A stretch of 64,000 nucleotides of DNA from Antedon mediterranea (Eukaryota; Animalia; Echinodermata): NCBI RefSeq assembly GCF_964355755.1, contig NC_092680.1:7998001-8062000 (forward strand). Direction: 5' to 3'. Position numbers and translations under genes: made by a program. Shown here in pieces: positions 38,066 through 53,390 of this stretch; the first letter of the stretch is position 1, and every line of letters starts with the position of its first letter. The notes under the pieces were generated by a model that did no database searches, was not told the DNA's origin, and saw only the letters and a program-made list of their open reading frames with translations.

Positions 38066-39585
38066 TTTGCAATGTATTCATGGTGAATCTGAAGATATTA
38101 ACCATTTTTTATTCAACTGTAATGCTTTTGACGAAATCAGAAAGGAAGAATTAAGAAAACTAGAAAATGAATTGACACTCGGTAATGATTATGGCATATG
38201 GACACAATAAATGCAAATTAATGATGAAAGCAAACTAAGGTTTATCTTAGGAGGAGAGTCTATTCTTTCTGACAATTCTTACAACGCATTTGATAAATTT
38301 TGTAAAAGCTTTTTAAGCTTGTCATAGAAAAAACGGTCTTCGTTGAAATATTCCCAATAACTGTTGTATTGTTGCTTGTATATAGTTTAATTAGGTGATC
38401 ATTTAGAATATAAGCGTATAATAGGATGGCATACATCAACATTTTCTGATCGTATGTTAACAGACGTGCATTTTTATAAAAAATTAATTTCAGTAAAATG
38501 ATAAAAATGATCACCTACAGTATAATTCGTCAAAGTGACGAATTAAATTCTAGTTTTCTTTTAGTGTTTTTTTTTTCTCTCATTATATTTTGTTTCTTTT
38601 TCAAATTATTTGTTTTGTTTTGTAAATGGGTCAACAAATAAATAAATAAATAAATATATTATTGTATAAATTTGCATTTCTGAAATCCATTTACTGTATA
38701 TTTGAAGCCATGGTACTGTATATTTACCTAAAATGGTCATTTATGTTTTACTGGAAAAAGCAGATGGTTGCAAATAAACAGAACAGTTGGTAATCGTTAG
38801 TCATGCTGTAGCTTGATTATAGGATAATATATAGTGCCCTCTATAGTTTGCTACATCTTTATGTAACCTTCTTTCCTTCAAAGGTGACAGACCTACTGTG
38901 TACAATGGAGAAGTGCATATTGTTGACGTCATATAATTTAGTCATTTTTTATTAAATCATTCATAGTTTTAGTATTAGTAGTCACTGTAAATCCCCACTG
39001 GGATTTTCAACAGATGCTTTGCTGTTTGAAATTATATTTAATGATAAATATTCAATTTTACTTTGTCTCCTAACTATACTGTGTAATGTAATACATTGGT
39101 AAATTGGATTGTGTTTCGTTGTGATGTAAATGTTTTAATATTAAATTTGTAATGGATTAATATTAATAATTACCTTTAGGTGAAAATAAAATACTAAACA
39201 CTTTTCTGTAAATTATCCCTTTTTAAATTTAAAACACTGTTTATTTATTTAATTAACAGTCGACCAAGAGGAAACCATTGGCCAATGACCCAACACAGCT
39301 GTACGGGACCGTGTGTGGGAAAGTTGGAAATCTTTCAATTATTCTGATATATTTACATCCCTAATACGATAAATTTATCCTTTAACAAAAAGTTTACTAT
39401 TAAAATAGAAATTGTTAAAATAATAGGAATCCTACTTCAATCAACCACCTGACAATGTAAAAAATTTTAATAAATTACTAATAATACAGTAATAACATTA
39501 ATTGTCTTTTGTATAGCACCTAACATTTCTAAAGAGCTATACGACCACAAGGCTCAAATTAGGTAGAAATTACGTCATAGAAATT

Positions 39586-39945
39586 AGTGGAGTGGCCGAG
39601 CGGTTAAGGCAGGGGCTACGCGACAAACCATACCGTAACTATACAATCAGCACAGGCAGGTTCAAGTCACTGCTCGACCATTGTTCTGTTAGTAGAACAA
39701 GTCTTCTCGGATAAGGACTTAAAACTGGAGGTCCCAGTACATCTTTCTGAAGAATAGGGGTTACCCCGGTGTACTGGTCCATTCAGCCCCTTTGTTGTGG
39801 ACAGACAAATGGATGCCGTTTGGTGGCAGCACTCGACATGAAAGGAACCTAGGGGTGTAGAAAGTTGAGGTATGTGCTATCCAAACCTGTGCGCAATTCA
39901 GTCAAGTAGGCTGCAAGTCGCAGGTTATACCCCATACCATTTACA
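39586..39945 (+). mobile_element. tRNA-derived SINE, probably inserted into a decayed L2-like LINE end
   Basis: A-box-like tggccgagcggttaagg and B-box-like ggttcaagtc. The central part tcttctcggataaggac...gaggtccc...gggttaccccggtgt resembles ancient SINE core domains. The flanks look like an L2 3' end. Confidence 0.65.
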
Positions 39946-42774
39946 TATTTCATATGCTATGCGAAAGAAATTAGTTTTCAGCAACTTTTTGAAGATGTCA
40001 ATAGAGTTGATATCAAGAATGATACCTACTGTACACTGTACATTTTGACATGCAATAGAACTCCTATGAAGGGGACATCTTCCTTCAGGACCCAACATAG
40101 TGTCTCCTTAATACTAATATAGGGGTTGGTGATTTCACAGGAAGGTGTTCCCTGACTGAATATAAGGTAAACCTGGCCTTCAAATACTATGGTTAGTTTG
40201 ATGTCATATATTGATACTGAAAAAAACACCAACACATTGTTATTCACATTAAAATTGACAAATTAGGGATATTCTCCAGATGCTAGATTTTGTATTAGGC
40301 TTTTTAAAGTGTTGTTTGATTTTCATTTGTTAGGTGGTTAAAAAATTTGAAGAAAATATTCTACCATGTTGCTATAGAAAAGGAATGTTTGTTTTACGGA
40401 CTACATCATCTGAACTAAAAAATGTAATTTATCGACAATACAGTCAATTTGTGTTACATAATCTGTTTTATGTGTTGTTAAAAGTTTGGAGGTGATCCCT
40501 AATTGTTCCATTGACTCACCTTCCCCTCTGGAAGAAGGTTTCAACTTCCTGACACTTAGGTCAAAGTGCACATGCTGAATCTAATGTTCACATATCTGCA
40601 GCTGATCTTAATGTACATTGAAGAGCTTGTATTGTTAATCTAATACAGGACTACTTTATTTAAACAATAACAGTGTATTGACTACAACTGTAGGGCTTAA
40701 GCAGAGTACAAAGGTGTTTTGGATACTCACTTGAAATGTCCTCGACCACCTAGCTGAGTGTTAGTACATACCTTACCACCAGTTGATCAAGTCACTATTT
40801 CATCTATGTGAATTATAACTTTGTGTCTATTACAAGGTAGTCAAATGGACAGAGGAACTTATTTGTATGTGTTGGAGATTTTCACTAGGATTTTTCAGAA
40901 CCAGTTTTTAAAACTTTCTATTTTCTGGCTGGTATATTGTTAGTAACAGACACCGTTTCATTGCTTAGTCTTTACATGGAGAACGCCAATGGGCTTGTCA
41001 TCCCACTACGAATCAAGAATGAGCAATGGAGATAAAGATGTAAGTTGCTATGGAAACATGCATGCATATCATTGTAAAACATAATGTGATTGTTATAACT
41101 GTAACTTTCTGCCTAAGTATCTGTAATCAATTTTTAATGATGAAGTTTAAGATTGGTTTTTGAAATTTAATATGTGGTGTTCATCATATAATTTGACTTT
41201 TTATTATTATGTTATCCTTGTCATTTTTTAACAATACACTATCATCAGTCAACCTTCAACTTTTCTTCAACCTTCCTGACTTATACCTATAAAGATTATA
41301 TTATAATATTATTTAGATAAAGACTTAATTAAAGTGTTTATACTTATTACCATAATATTAAGTATATAGTTGTGTTATTATTATTACCAGTTTAATAGAT
41401 AAATTAGGACCAAATGATAATTTGTGAGGTGAGAGGCATAATGTGCATGCTGGAAATATTTTGTTAATGAAAATATTGTTAAATGCTGGAATGATTATGA
41501 AATGCTATTATGCTTTCTATAATACATTGACACCATATAGTAGGTGATGTGGATAAAAATTGCATATAGTCAGAGTGCCTGCCTACGTAGTATGTTGTAT
41601 GTTAAGCCTGCCTTCTTTCACCACCACCCAAACTTAAAGAGAAGTAATCCCACGTCAGTAACAGTGGGTGATCTGCAATAGGGGTTTTTTTCGATTGCTA
41701 GACTATGATAAGATTTCCAGTTAGATTCTCGTTTATCGTTGCTATTTCACCGTTTCACAATTTCATTTATTTTGGCATTTAAATCACATGGTTGTTTAGT
41801 TTCTAACATATGATAATAAAAATAATGTCCAATTAGATAATACAGTAGTACTGTTCCAAAAATCAAGTTAAATATATTTGTATTTTTTACTAGATGACAG
41901 ATTTTTAATTTAGTTTAATGATTGTACATCCTCGCATTGTGTACTTAAATCGTCCTTGGTATTAGCAGTATTGTGAAATAATTTGCCAATCAAATCATAT
42001 TCCTGCAGTGATAATTGACTCTAGTTGCACTTAAGCATAATATAATAACTCCACCTTGTTAGTTTAAATATTCTATAAGAAAGATAAGATATAGCCTATA
42101 GTAATATTGGAAACACATACAATGTATTCAACAAGTTAAAAAGGTACCGCATAAACTAATAACAGAGTTAAAGAGTGCGTGACAGACTTCCATAGCATTG
42201 TAGTTGTAATTAAAAGGTGTTCACTGAAACGGAATTTAGGTCAAGGAAAAACAAACACTTTGTCTTTGGTACGTGCTGACTGGAAAGCGTAGTGTCTAGG
42301 GCACTTACCCTTTTCTCGCTCCCGTGTTAAACTGCATAATGATTCTATACAGATAATATTTTTAAAAGAGTTGACTTTTGTAGCTTTAAAGGTTATGTAG
42401 AGGTTAGTTCTGATGAGAAATTTACAATGTATCGCATTTTCATCGGTTTTTCTACTCTTACTTTATGCAATTTGACGGGCAAATTTTATAATCAATAGTA
42501 CGTACAGTGTAATGAGGAAAAATGGTGTTGTTGCACACCTTCATTTTGGCTGCGAAAGCAATTTGACCTTAGCTTAGTAGAACTCCATCTCAGATATGTC
42601 TGATTGATGATGACAATACTATCAATTGTAACACAAAATGAGGTGAAGGTCTGTGTTTAACAGATACAAACTATTTTTTAGAGTACTCTCGTTAGATTTG
42701 CTAGGAGATGGGTGGACAGAAAGGATCTGATGGTATACCAATAAATCTTCGTTATTTCATGTGTTGTCCACAAA

Positions 42775-43057
42775 ACATGAAAATTGATAGACTTTAAATA
42801 GGCCATTTCGCAGTTTTAGTATTAAAATTATTCACTTCTGTAGCAAAAAATGAAAACAATCAATGGTTATAAACAAAAACTCCATTGTCTGGCAGACAAT
42901 GGTCTTTCTGTTGACTACTTTTTGGTCTAAATTGCAGTTTTTTCAGGTAAATATATTTTTTTTTCAATCTAATTTTTAGTCAAAGTGAATACTGTAACAA
43001 TTATGTGACAAGGCATATTAAAAAAAAATTTTTTTTCAGGGGACAATGTATCTTTAA
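42775..43057. mobile_element. Right-end remnant of the Kolobok-like family
   Basis: Ends in ttttttcaggggacaatgtatct|ttaa. The interior resembles 20070-20362. Confidence 0.6.
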
Positions 43058-44762
43058 GGGAATATAATTTCTGAAACAAAATTGAATTATATACATTTCA
43101 AAAATCTGTACAACAATTGAGTAGATTTATAATGAATAATTATAATATTGTACTTTGAACCCTCTTGTATGAAATTGAGATTGACAGTATGTGATGAAAA
43201 CTTCCCTTTCCACAAAATCAAACGAACATTAGAGAAAAACCTAATATTGAGGGCCTCTGGCAGTGTTTCCAAATTTGAGTACCCTTTATTCTAATTCAAT
43301 AAATTACCGTAATGTCCAAGAAAAAAGTTTATAATATTATAGTATATGGAAATTAGAGGATCAGTAGGGGAAACATAATATCCTTTGTTCTTATCCTGTG
43401 AACTGACAATTGTCTCAAGTGGTGTGAAGCATTTCCTTCAAATCTCGCAGAAGAAGTTTTAAGTACAATTGCGATTGTGTTGGTACTGGAGATATCATGG
43501 CAAAAAAAAGAGGGGAGCGAGGAGAAAAGACACACATCCCAATATTCCTGCATGCGCACAATGAACTAAACATGATGTAGTTAGGTCATCGATAATCGAA
43601 AGGTCCTTCTTACTTTACATTAGTGAGTCAAATGCAATGTTCGTTTCTTTATAGAAATTTGCTAATTATTATGAATATAAAAAAAATATACCAGTATTTT
43701 AAATTTTAAAAATTTTATTTATAGTATAATTTGGAATTTTCTTTGATGTTTGGACATTTCAAAATATAATGAAAGACAAACGATGTTCTGGACGAGGCAC
43801 ATTTGTCCATTTTAAGTGTGTTTGTAGATCTGGTATATACCAAGAGTTGATTAAATGTAAACATAATGTGAACTGGATTTCAGTAGTACAGTACTCTAGA
43901 AACCCTACCAAAAATTAAATGTTAACCACAAACAAAATAGAGAATCCTGTTTTCTTTCAATTGTATTGGTTGGTTGTATTGGTTGGTTCTGAGTTACTGT
44001 ATCTTTTTTTTCGGGAATTTAGTGGTGTAACCACAAATTCCCTTTAACTATAAGTTCCTACTTTAAGGGACCATGTCAAAATGATTCTACTGACAGTAAC
44101 TACATTTTGTTTTAAAACCTGTTTAAAGCAATGAAAGCTCTATAAACATGATCACTGTTTACTGCCATGACTGCTTCATTAACTCCTTTATTGAAACAAA
44201 ATAAAATCATAAATTATTGCAGTAAACAATGTAGTTACTGCAGTAACTGCAGAGAATGTTTCCTAATTCGAACATTCAAACTTTATTAAACAAGTATAGG
44301 AAGACAAATACATGTTTAGTCTAATGTTTGTATGATTTGGGATTGGTTAGGAACAACTTGCTTGCAAAAACAATATCTGATTCTTGTTTACCTGAAATAT
44401 GTCAAATAAATGACACTGTTTGTGCAGAATAAATTATGATAGAGATAATTGTTAATGTAAATCAGTACAGGTTTTGTTTTTAAGAGAGGATATGTTTATT
44501 ACAAACTTCTTTCTATGAAGGTATCCCTTTGGAAGCCTAAAAACAAACTAATAAAGAATTGAATGAATCATAAAAAAAACCTGACTGTGTATGAATTCTA
44601 ACACGTGCTGTGTAAACAACTGCCAAGATCTCAAACATATTGTTTTGAAAAAGTATGTGGAAGTCGTTTAAATTAAATTGTTCTATTTCGTTACTTTAGA
44701 TGAGTGGACATTTCCTATGTGTAAGTATTTCATTTCTATTATTCAGTTGACATAATCATAAA

Positions 44763-45086
44763 TAATTTGTGTGCGTTTAACTGATGGACAGCGGCTGTTG
44801 TAACACTAGTGTATGTGGCCGCCGTCTAGCATTTATCAATGTTTAATTTGTGTGCGTTTAACTGATATAAAGCGGCTGTTGTAACACTAGTGTATGTGGA
44901 CGCCGTCTAGCATTTATCAATATTTAATTTGTGTGCGTTTAACTGATGGACAGCGGCTGTTGTAACACTAGTGTATGTGGACGCCGTCTAGCATTTATCA
45001 ATGTTTAATTTGTGTGCGTTTAACTGATGGACAGCGGCTGTTGTAACACTAGTGTATGTGGACGCCGTCTAGCATTTATCAATGTT
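44763..45086. repeat. Minisatellite, 4 x 81 bp
   Basis: The unit taatttgtgtgcgtttaactgatggacagcggctgttgtaacactagtgtatgtggacgccgtctagcatttatcaatgtt is repeated head-to-tail with few substitutions and no spacers. Confidence 0.93.
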
Positions 45087-45167
45087 TTTTACAATCATTT
45101 CATAAGGCAATTGTACAGCAACTGTGGGGTTTGCTTGCACATATTTTGTATTTAAAAAAGTTATTTA

Positions 45168-45426
45168 AGTCTGGTTTCCATAAAATCGCTACACGACAGA
45201 GCGTAGCAATTCTATGGAAACGCTAGAATTTATCGGGGATCTAGTACGCGAGCGCTAAATATTCTTTGGTACGCGTATACGATTCATCGCCGGCAAAGTT
45301 GAACATGGTTGAACTTTGCCGATTTGACTGCGATGAATCGGGGAGCCTTTCCGATTGCGTCGGCGACATCTGCGCGTGTAGCGATTTTAATGGAAACGCT
45401 GTAGCAATTTTAATGGAAACCAGGCT
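45168..45426. mobile_element. PIF/Harbinger-type (Tourist-like) MITE
   Basis: TIRs agtctggtttcca / tggaaaccaggct, a 3-bp TSD tta on both sides, and internal palindromes (aaagttgaacatggttgaacttt). Confidence 0.78.
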
Positions 45427-48400
45427 TTAGTTTGTATTAAACAATTTAGGGTATCTATTATATTCTTTCTATCAAGTCATCATTAGAATACCCTATAGCT
45501 TTTAGATTTATTAAATTTTAATTGATATATTCCCTTGAAAAACTGCTAACCCTTGATAATTTTTAAATTTAAGTTCAATATTTTAGATATCAAATATATA
45601 ATACAAACAAAGAATGCATTGGGTTTGTACATAGCAATTCAACTATTAAATAAAATTCTCTATAAATTATGGGGATTTTTTTTTTCAACAATAAAACTGT
45701 TTAACAATAACATTCTATAAGAAATATTGTATAGAGTCATTTAGAGAGTTCCATTAATTTCCAGGGACCAATCCAAACTACTGTATGCTTCATATACCTT
45801 GAGTATTTCAGTGCACTTAAATTGATAGATAGAAATAATATGTTCAGACCTATAGAATTATGCCTTGTTTTATTGTTAGGTTGTATTTAGTGTCTTAAAG
45901 GTGACTAGCTTACCTGGATGAACCGACATAGGCCTTTTCCCCTTCAAGGGGAGAACATAACCGAAAAGTAAAAATTTATTCCTGAACTCCCCTCCAAGAC
46001 AGTGGTATCGCCCATGCACTTTAAAGTGGATGTGTACTCATGGCTTTTCCTTCTGTTATTTACTTCAGTATATTAATATTAGTAGGTACAAACATAAAAA
46101 ATCAAAAAACTTTTCAAAAATATAGAAAAATCGTTGTATATTTTTTTTCAGCAGTTTGGTAATGACCTTAGTTGTAAAGGTCACGTTACCATGTTGTGTT
46201 ACGCCACGTGACGTGTATCATTTTCGTCTCCCTGCTCTCATCCACATCCGATCGAACGAACACAATTTATTATTGTCTTGCCTTTTGTTATTACTTTTTG
46301 CGTCTACTGTTAACTTCAAAATAAAAGCACTGTATGGAATATAAGCGCCATAACAAGTCACATAGAGATATCAATCAAGTGAGGTTAATCTCCATTCGTC
46401 TCGCTGATGATGGGGCCTAGGTAGGCCTAGTCTGATTCACATCTTCGCCATCGGCAGTTTGTGATGATTGTATGGGCCTAGGTTCTGGTTCAAACGCATA
46501 ACAATGTCTTTCTGGTCTAGGCCTACGATTAAACATTGCAGTTTGATCCGTCTATCTTTTCAAATAACCATGCAAAACAATCTTAATCTTAGACTTATTA
46601 TTTTATTATATATTATATTTTATAATTCGCCGTGGCTAAAGATACGGTACCGTATCCTATATCCTAGTTTATCGAGTCGAGGAGAGATCGATCGAGTCGA
46701 GCGTGAGGAGGATCAGGAGAGGCGAGTAAAGAAATTGATTGCCTCCCTAGAAAGTAAAAATTACCACTTGGCTCAAGTGGGTAGTTTTTTTAATTACGTT
46801 AATTACGCAAAAATGAATTGGTCAAGCCCCTAAAAACACATCGGGAATGAAAAATTTGGCTTCCGAAGAATCTGAAAACATATACGGTATGTATAATATT
46901 TCTGGAACTTACACATAATTTTTATTATTTTTTTAAAACGCATCGTTTTTTTTCAATTTACATGCAAATGAATAGGGAAAATGGTTTGTAATTTGAACTA
47001 TCCCCCCAGAAATACCTTAATTTAGATGAAAATAATGTTTATTATGAGAGCACCTCCACTTTAACAACCAAGTGTTCACACACTATTACAACACCAACAT
47101 TTGAGTTTTGGAAAGTGACAGGTCAGTGTTGTGGTGGGGAGTGTATTTACAGTAGGAGACCCATCTTCTCGTGGAACATTTAGCTGTTGGTCCCACATGT
47201 GCGTGCTGAATTTGTAGTGCCTACAGTAGATCCTTGTTAAAGACATATCTAGTTTAATATGAAATGATTCATAAATTGATTAAATAAATTACTGTAGCAC
47301 GAATATTTAATTTGTTGACCTCTTTTTGTTAAATAATTTGAATACATACAAGCTTGATATTAGACATTAATTTGTCTAGTTAATATTTTCCATAACCTGT
47401 GCTAATGACTTAATACCAGGAAATGAAGCAATAATGCAAACCTTCAATTTGAGTTGATTATAGTAGTACTTACTAGTAATATTAAAATAATGAGACTTAT
47501 CTCATTTTATCGTATCATCCTTACTAAGTTGTTAATGATCTTTATCCTGGATTTACATTGGATAATCATAAAACTTTGATTTATGTATTTTCTAATAAAC
47601 CCTGGATTTGGAATAATCAAGTAATTCCAATGAAAAATGCCATAATGAGGTAACACATTCATTTAATAAACATTTAATACAGCTGTTAGAAAGAAGACAG
47701 TCCAAAAGACACTGTACATGTTTACATGTTTACAATCTTCTTCTCTTTTCTTGCGTCTATGATGAGGACTTTCGATGGGGCATGGAAATGCTAGTACTGA
47801 AAATACCAATTTTTTTAACTTTTACTTTTTACTAGTAATTCTTAATTTTAAACCAATTTTTATTCATGTTTAACTTTGTGGAAGTTTACAATGAAACAAA
47901 TTATATAGAGTACCACAGTTTCTGGGTGAACCCTCTTTACACTATTTTAGACTGTTTTCCTGTTTTTGAACATTGAAAATTCTAGCAAATTATCTTTTTA
48001 TAAATTTTGTCCCATTTTGTTTCTGTAGAAAGTTATTCTCTACTGCTAAATTAACAATTCTCAAAACATCAAAAAGAAATAATAAAAGAAATAATTGTTA
48101 TTGTTGAATTGAAAATATTCATGATTTTAAATTGAATACTAGTTATAGTGTACTAAAGTAAAACAGTATAAAGATATAGAGATAATCAAAATATAGAGTT
48201 AAAACTACTGCTTCAGACTAACTTAACATAGTCACCTTCTTGCCAAATACTTTCCGTCTTGTTGGTTTAATGTAGTATCGATTGTTTATAAAAATATTAT
48301 AGTAAATTAGCTCCGATGACGGAACACCTGGGCTTCCCAAAGATTCGCTCTTCTTTCTGGCTGTTTTACTTATACCATTTTTTTTTTGCTTATTTCATTT

Positions 48401-51400
48401 ATCTCCATTGAGATTCAGCTAATATTGTCATTTTTTCAGTAATTTCCTTTCGGATTTAGTGTATTATAGTATTATTAGTTTGTTTTGTTGTTTTTGAACT
48501 AATATTATAATATATGAACCAATCAATGGTTGGTTTGGGTATTGTAACATCTCATTCAATCTCGATTATTATCTAGCAGTGTTGTTAAGGTCATTTTAAT
48601 TACTCATTACTATGTGTATGAAGTTTGACTTGGTAATTAAAAATTGCCAAATCCAATCTTTTTGCACACAAATCTGTACTTGATTGAAGAGTCCATTCTC
48701 TTTGCAAGTAGATGTCAATCTATCAATTTTGACTTTGTTTCTTTCTCAGTTCAATTTTATTTAAATACAGTAACTCACTGTAAAAGTTTGATAGTATAAA
48801 TCCTTCAATTAATTGTGGATTTTGGATTGTAATTACAGTTTGGATTGGATGGACGCAGTGATTATCAAATTTACTCACTTGTACTGTGAGCTGTGTTTCT
48901 GAATTTTAATTTTCTATGTGAAATTCTAGAATTGAGTTTGAAATCTTAAATAAGATCTAAATTGAAAGATTCTAGTGTTTGCTTTATATACATTATATAT
49001 TCGTTGGTATTTGTAAATTGGCCTTGGTGCAATAGTAAGTAAATTGTAAATGTCAACAAATTGCTTTTCCACATAAATATTATGATATATTTCTCCTATT
49101 CTGCAATAATGTTTTTATTTCCAATGTTACTTATGCAATCCATGGAGTCATTAGAAGTAGTGAAGTTACCTTACAATCCTAAGGTCCAGGTTCAATCAGA
49201 TTGTAAACAACTCCTCTCCCCTAAGCCACAAATGAGACTTGGTTTATAAGCATGATAGTTTCTCCATCCTGTAATTAGTGAAGTACTTGCTCTTGGATAT
49301 GTATGAAAAAAGTAAATAAATAGTGTCTGAATAATAATTGTTTATATGTATTATAATGGTGGTGTATATTATTGGCAGCTTCTTTAGGGAGATGAAAGTT
49401 GTTGTGATATCATCTATTGAAAAGCACTGTATAATAATACAACATATATTCAATAATTGTAATTTAGTTTGATATTAACTTCATAAAATCATATCAATCA
49501 ATCAATACAATAACTCTACTCATCAATATCTTAATTTGATGAATAGATCTAGGTAAATAAACTGTTTAATAGTTAATATAAAGTAGGAGTTAAAAATGTT
49601 AGGGAAATGAATCAAACCCACATTATATATTAAAGTATAGATTTCAAACAAAGAACTAAACAATATGAAATATTACAAATCCTCTATACTGTAGCCTGAA
49701 TTATATTGTACAATAACAATTCTTTGAAAAAGCTTTCATCAAGGTTATTGAAGAAGATGATTGTATGATATGTGTAAAGCAACACAACATTCACATTCTT
49801 GCTTTTATTTCCCAGCTAATACTAAAAATGTACTCACTTTAAATGTTATCTTTCGGCTCAAAATTATATGACATTAATAAAACTTTGCGTGATATAGAAC
49901 AAGGTTCTCAATAACATTACTAAGGAAATTTTACCTAATATGAACAAAGATAAATACTATGGAAATACATACAAAATAAGCAAAATTACAAACTATTTAG
50001 TCAAAGCAAAAAAAAGAAGTTAATATAAATGTAACGAAGCCACATGAGGCACAAACAACAAACAAAACTCACTTGTGTTTGAAGTTTATAAGTGATGGTT
50101 TTATTTAATTGGAGTAAGTTTTGTAAATTATTTTCTAAATATCCAGGTTGAGTGTTTAGTTTAGATATTGTCAAAAATGGTCATAAATATATAGGTAATT
50201 TCCCTTACATACTTTATTGTAAACTATAGTAATACTAAATCATCTTTCTAATAACTAAACTGAAAATGATATAAACATATAGACTGTCAAATGTGTTGTG
50301 GTTAGTCAGTGGGTTTCAGTATCTACAGAGGAATTGAATCATCAATAATACTAATAGTGTGGAGGCACTAAAAACTTGGATGGAGATATACAACTATATA
50401 GTATATTTCTCCCCTGAAGCAGCTTTGTAATCTCTGAAGATTTTTGGAATTAGTGAAAGCATGAAGGTATAACCTCCATTGTGAAAGAGATCAACATCAT
50501 TCTAAACAGTTTAATATATATTTCCGGTATTCTCTTTTCAATTTTTAAATTGTTTGTTTAATTGTCTGTACATTTTTATAGTATAGTGTTTTCTATAACC
50601 ATGTTACATGTTAATCAATCTAAATAGTAGATACAAACTTTTTATATAATAGCCCTCCATCAAGTAAGTATGGTTATTGTCACTTCATAGACTACCGGTG
50701 CCAACACCAACTAATGACTTGTGTACTTGAGAAAGTCGGCCTATGCTGATATTGTTGGCTCTTTAAAATAAACGGTAAACAGTGCCCATGCCCATAACTA
50801 ATACAATTTCTGCAAATGGTCACACTATCTTTATCAAGTACAAAATTAATCTAAATATTTCATACAGTACAATCAATCATTAACTTTGCATTGTGTACTT
50901 AATATTGACAAATACCAGTACAAAACTTTTATATGACTTTACTAAATCCTCCCTTGCAGCTGAATACATTATGTTCAATTTCTCTTCACTAATGGACCTG
51001 ATGTTTAATAATATACTAATACTAATAGCAAATAACCGTGTATTTGATAATATTTCTTTTATTTGAATATGTAATTTATACAAGTGTTTTCCTAGTAGTG
51101 GGTGGACACAATTAATTAGTATTTTATTAAATTCAAAACATATAATTTACAGTTACTGTAGTTGTATTACACAAACTAGTACATACATATTTCCTTTTAC
51201 ACACTTGCAGTTTTTGTTATGTATCTGAACCCCTCCATGCTTATTAATGTTAATAGACAAACACCCTTAAATTTTCTAGTTAAACACTCTCAACATGTTT
51301 ACTTATACTAACGTTGCATGATAAGGTTGTTTTCTAGCTAATAAATGTTCAAAGCTGCACTTTATGAACTAGTTTTATTCTAAGAAGTTTGTTGAAAGTT

Positions 51401-53340
51401 GTTGATGATCCCTTGTTGTTGTTGCTGTGCTTCTAACTTGTTGCCAATATGGTATTTGCTGCTGTGCATTGGCCTTGCAATTAGGCCTGACCTACTGAAG
51501 TTTTTATTCCTTACCTCCCAGGGGAATAGTGGGAGTTGAGCCAAGCTGTCATGGTGTAGCAGTCACTATCCAGCCTGCTTTGGAATTCCAAAGCCTTCAT
51601 TTCTTAACTGTCACAGGGAGAGTTCACTTGCTTTTCAGTGTCAATAAATGTTGACAACTAGCACAGTGGAGAGAATTCCATTTATATGGAAAGAAGTTTG
51701 TTAGTAAATTAATACAGAAAACGCTAATATATTTTATTGACGATATACTATCATGTCAATTTTAGTGGATTTTTTCCTGGTAAGTTTCATTTAATAATTT
51801 ATCACTTTTAGTCACTGTTATCTAGGGGAATTAGTAGTTTTAACAAAATAATCTCAGGATGCCCCCGACGGAAAGAACAAATGTTTGTACGCACTGCTTG
51901 CCTTTTGGGATAGATTGTTATTGAGACATACCTGTATTACTAGAAAAGTAAGAAAAGATATAAAAATATAAATCCAATGGCAAATTACTTCAAATAAGCA
52001 AAAAGCTAAATCAAAATGATAAAGTAAAACAAATAGGTTTTCTGAACAATTCTTGGTATTATTATTATTGTTTTTAATTTCTTGTAACTCATGGGATGGG
52101 AAATGTTTTTTTTTTTTTACAATATAAAACCTCAAGATAAATTTATTCATGCTTAATTAATATTTTTAAATGTTATGCATTTTGTTATACTTTGCTTCAA
52201 TTAATACTGTATAGCACAGATGGTACAATATCATAAAGTTGTAATCTGTAGAAAACTAAATTCTTTAGTGCTTAATTTTATCATTAGAATGTTTTAAATA
52301 AATGTATTCAAGATAATAATTTTAGTCTTTATGTACAGTACTACTATTTAATATTGATTTGAAGGGAATTAAAAAAGTATACAGTATAAACTCTGTACCA
52401 TTTTTAAAATCTAATAATTTGTACTAAATTTGACTAAATAGTGTTATTTACAAAATAGTTACCATTTTGCAAGTATGGTACCAAAGGGCCAGGGTATTAT
52501 AACATGCATTTATCAATGTACTGTTCCCAAATTTAGCCTAAATTATGGAGTGGATTATACTTGGATGGTATTGTTAAATGTAATATATTTTATGTTTTAC
52601 ATAACAGTAGTTCTGGTGTTGTTATGGTTAGAGAAGCTAATTAAACAATAAAACGTTTAAATTATATAAATAATTATAATATAACAGGAAATGAATTGAC
52701 AGATTAAAAAAAAATGGTTGAATATTATTATAAAGAGAAGCGCAATTTTAGCTATTGAGTTTATAGCAAGCTCGACGATCTCTGTGTGTTTGAGCAGGTA
52801 GCCATGACGTATTTTACTAGATCCTTTATTACCATTGTTGTGACGTGACATGTGGGAGGAAGTATAGAGAATTCTTGGTACAGTCAGTAGTCACAGTGTT
52901 CAATACAACATAGACAGCAGCAAGATAATATAGGTATCGGTGCATTGACTAGCATAGTTTACGCTACTAATACTATAAGACTGTTAAACAAGAAGATTAT
53001 TTCATACAGTGTTGGTTTATAGAAATATCTAATTATTTAAATTCTGACCATTGTCTACAACTAATGGTTAACTTGGAGATTACTGTGAGTATAAATTGGA
53101 TTTTTTTTTACTTGTAATTTTAGTCTTTATGTACAGTACTACTATATTGTGTACAGTGTATTTTAGTATTTTAAAACATTTGTTTTTTATTTGTTTTATA
53201 AACTCACATACTGTTTCTCAATTTAATACTGTTTCGCATAATAATGAATGTTGAATTAAAAAAGGCCTCTTGGATTTTTGCCACATAGTACAGGAGTAAA
53301 CACACATGTTTGTTTTTCGATTGTGCAATATACACCAGCC

Positions 53341-53390
53341 TACCTTGTGCATTAGTACCTTGTGCATTAGTACCTTGTGCATTAGTACCT
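53341..53390. repeat. Short tandem repeat, about 3.3 x 15 bp
   Basis: taccttgtgcattag x3. Confidence 0.9.

Noticed and set aside
44763-45086. Regular repeat array as a possible CRISPR
   Set aside because: The units are contiguous 81-mers with no unique spacers, there are no cas genes, and the context is eukaryotic.
46468-46833. 121-aa ORF as a PDE7 exon or nested gene
   Set aside because: It has no recognisable motif and a non-ATG start, and lies in a region that looks transposon-derived.
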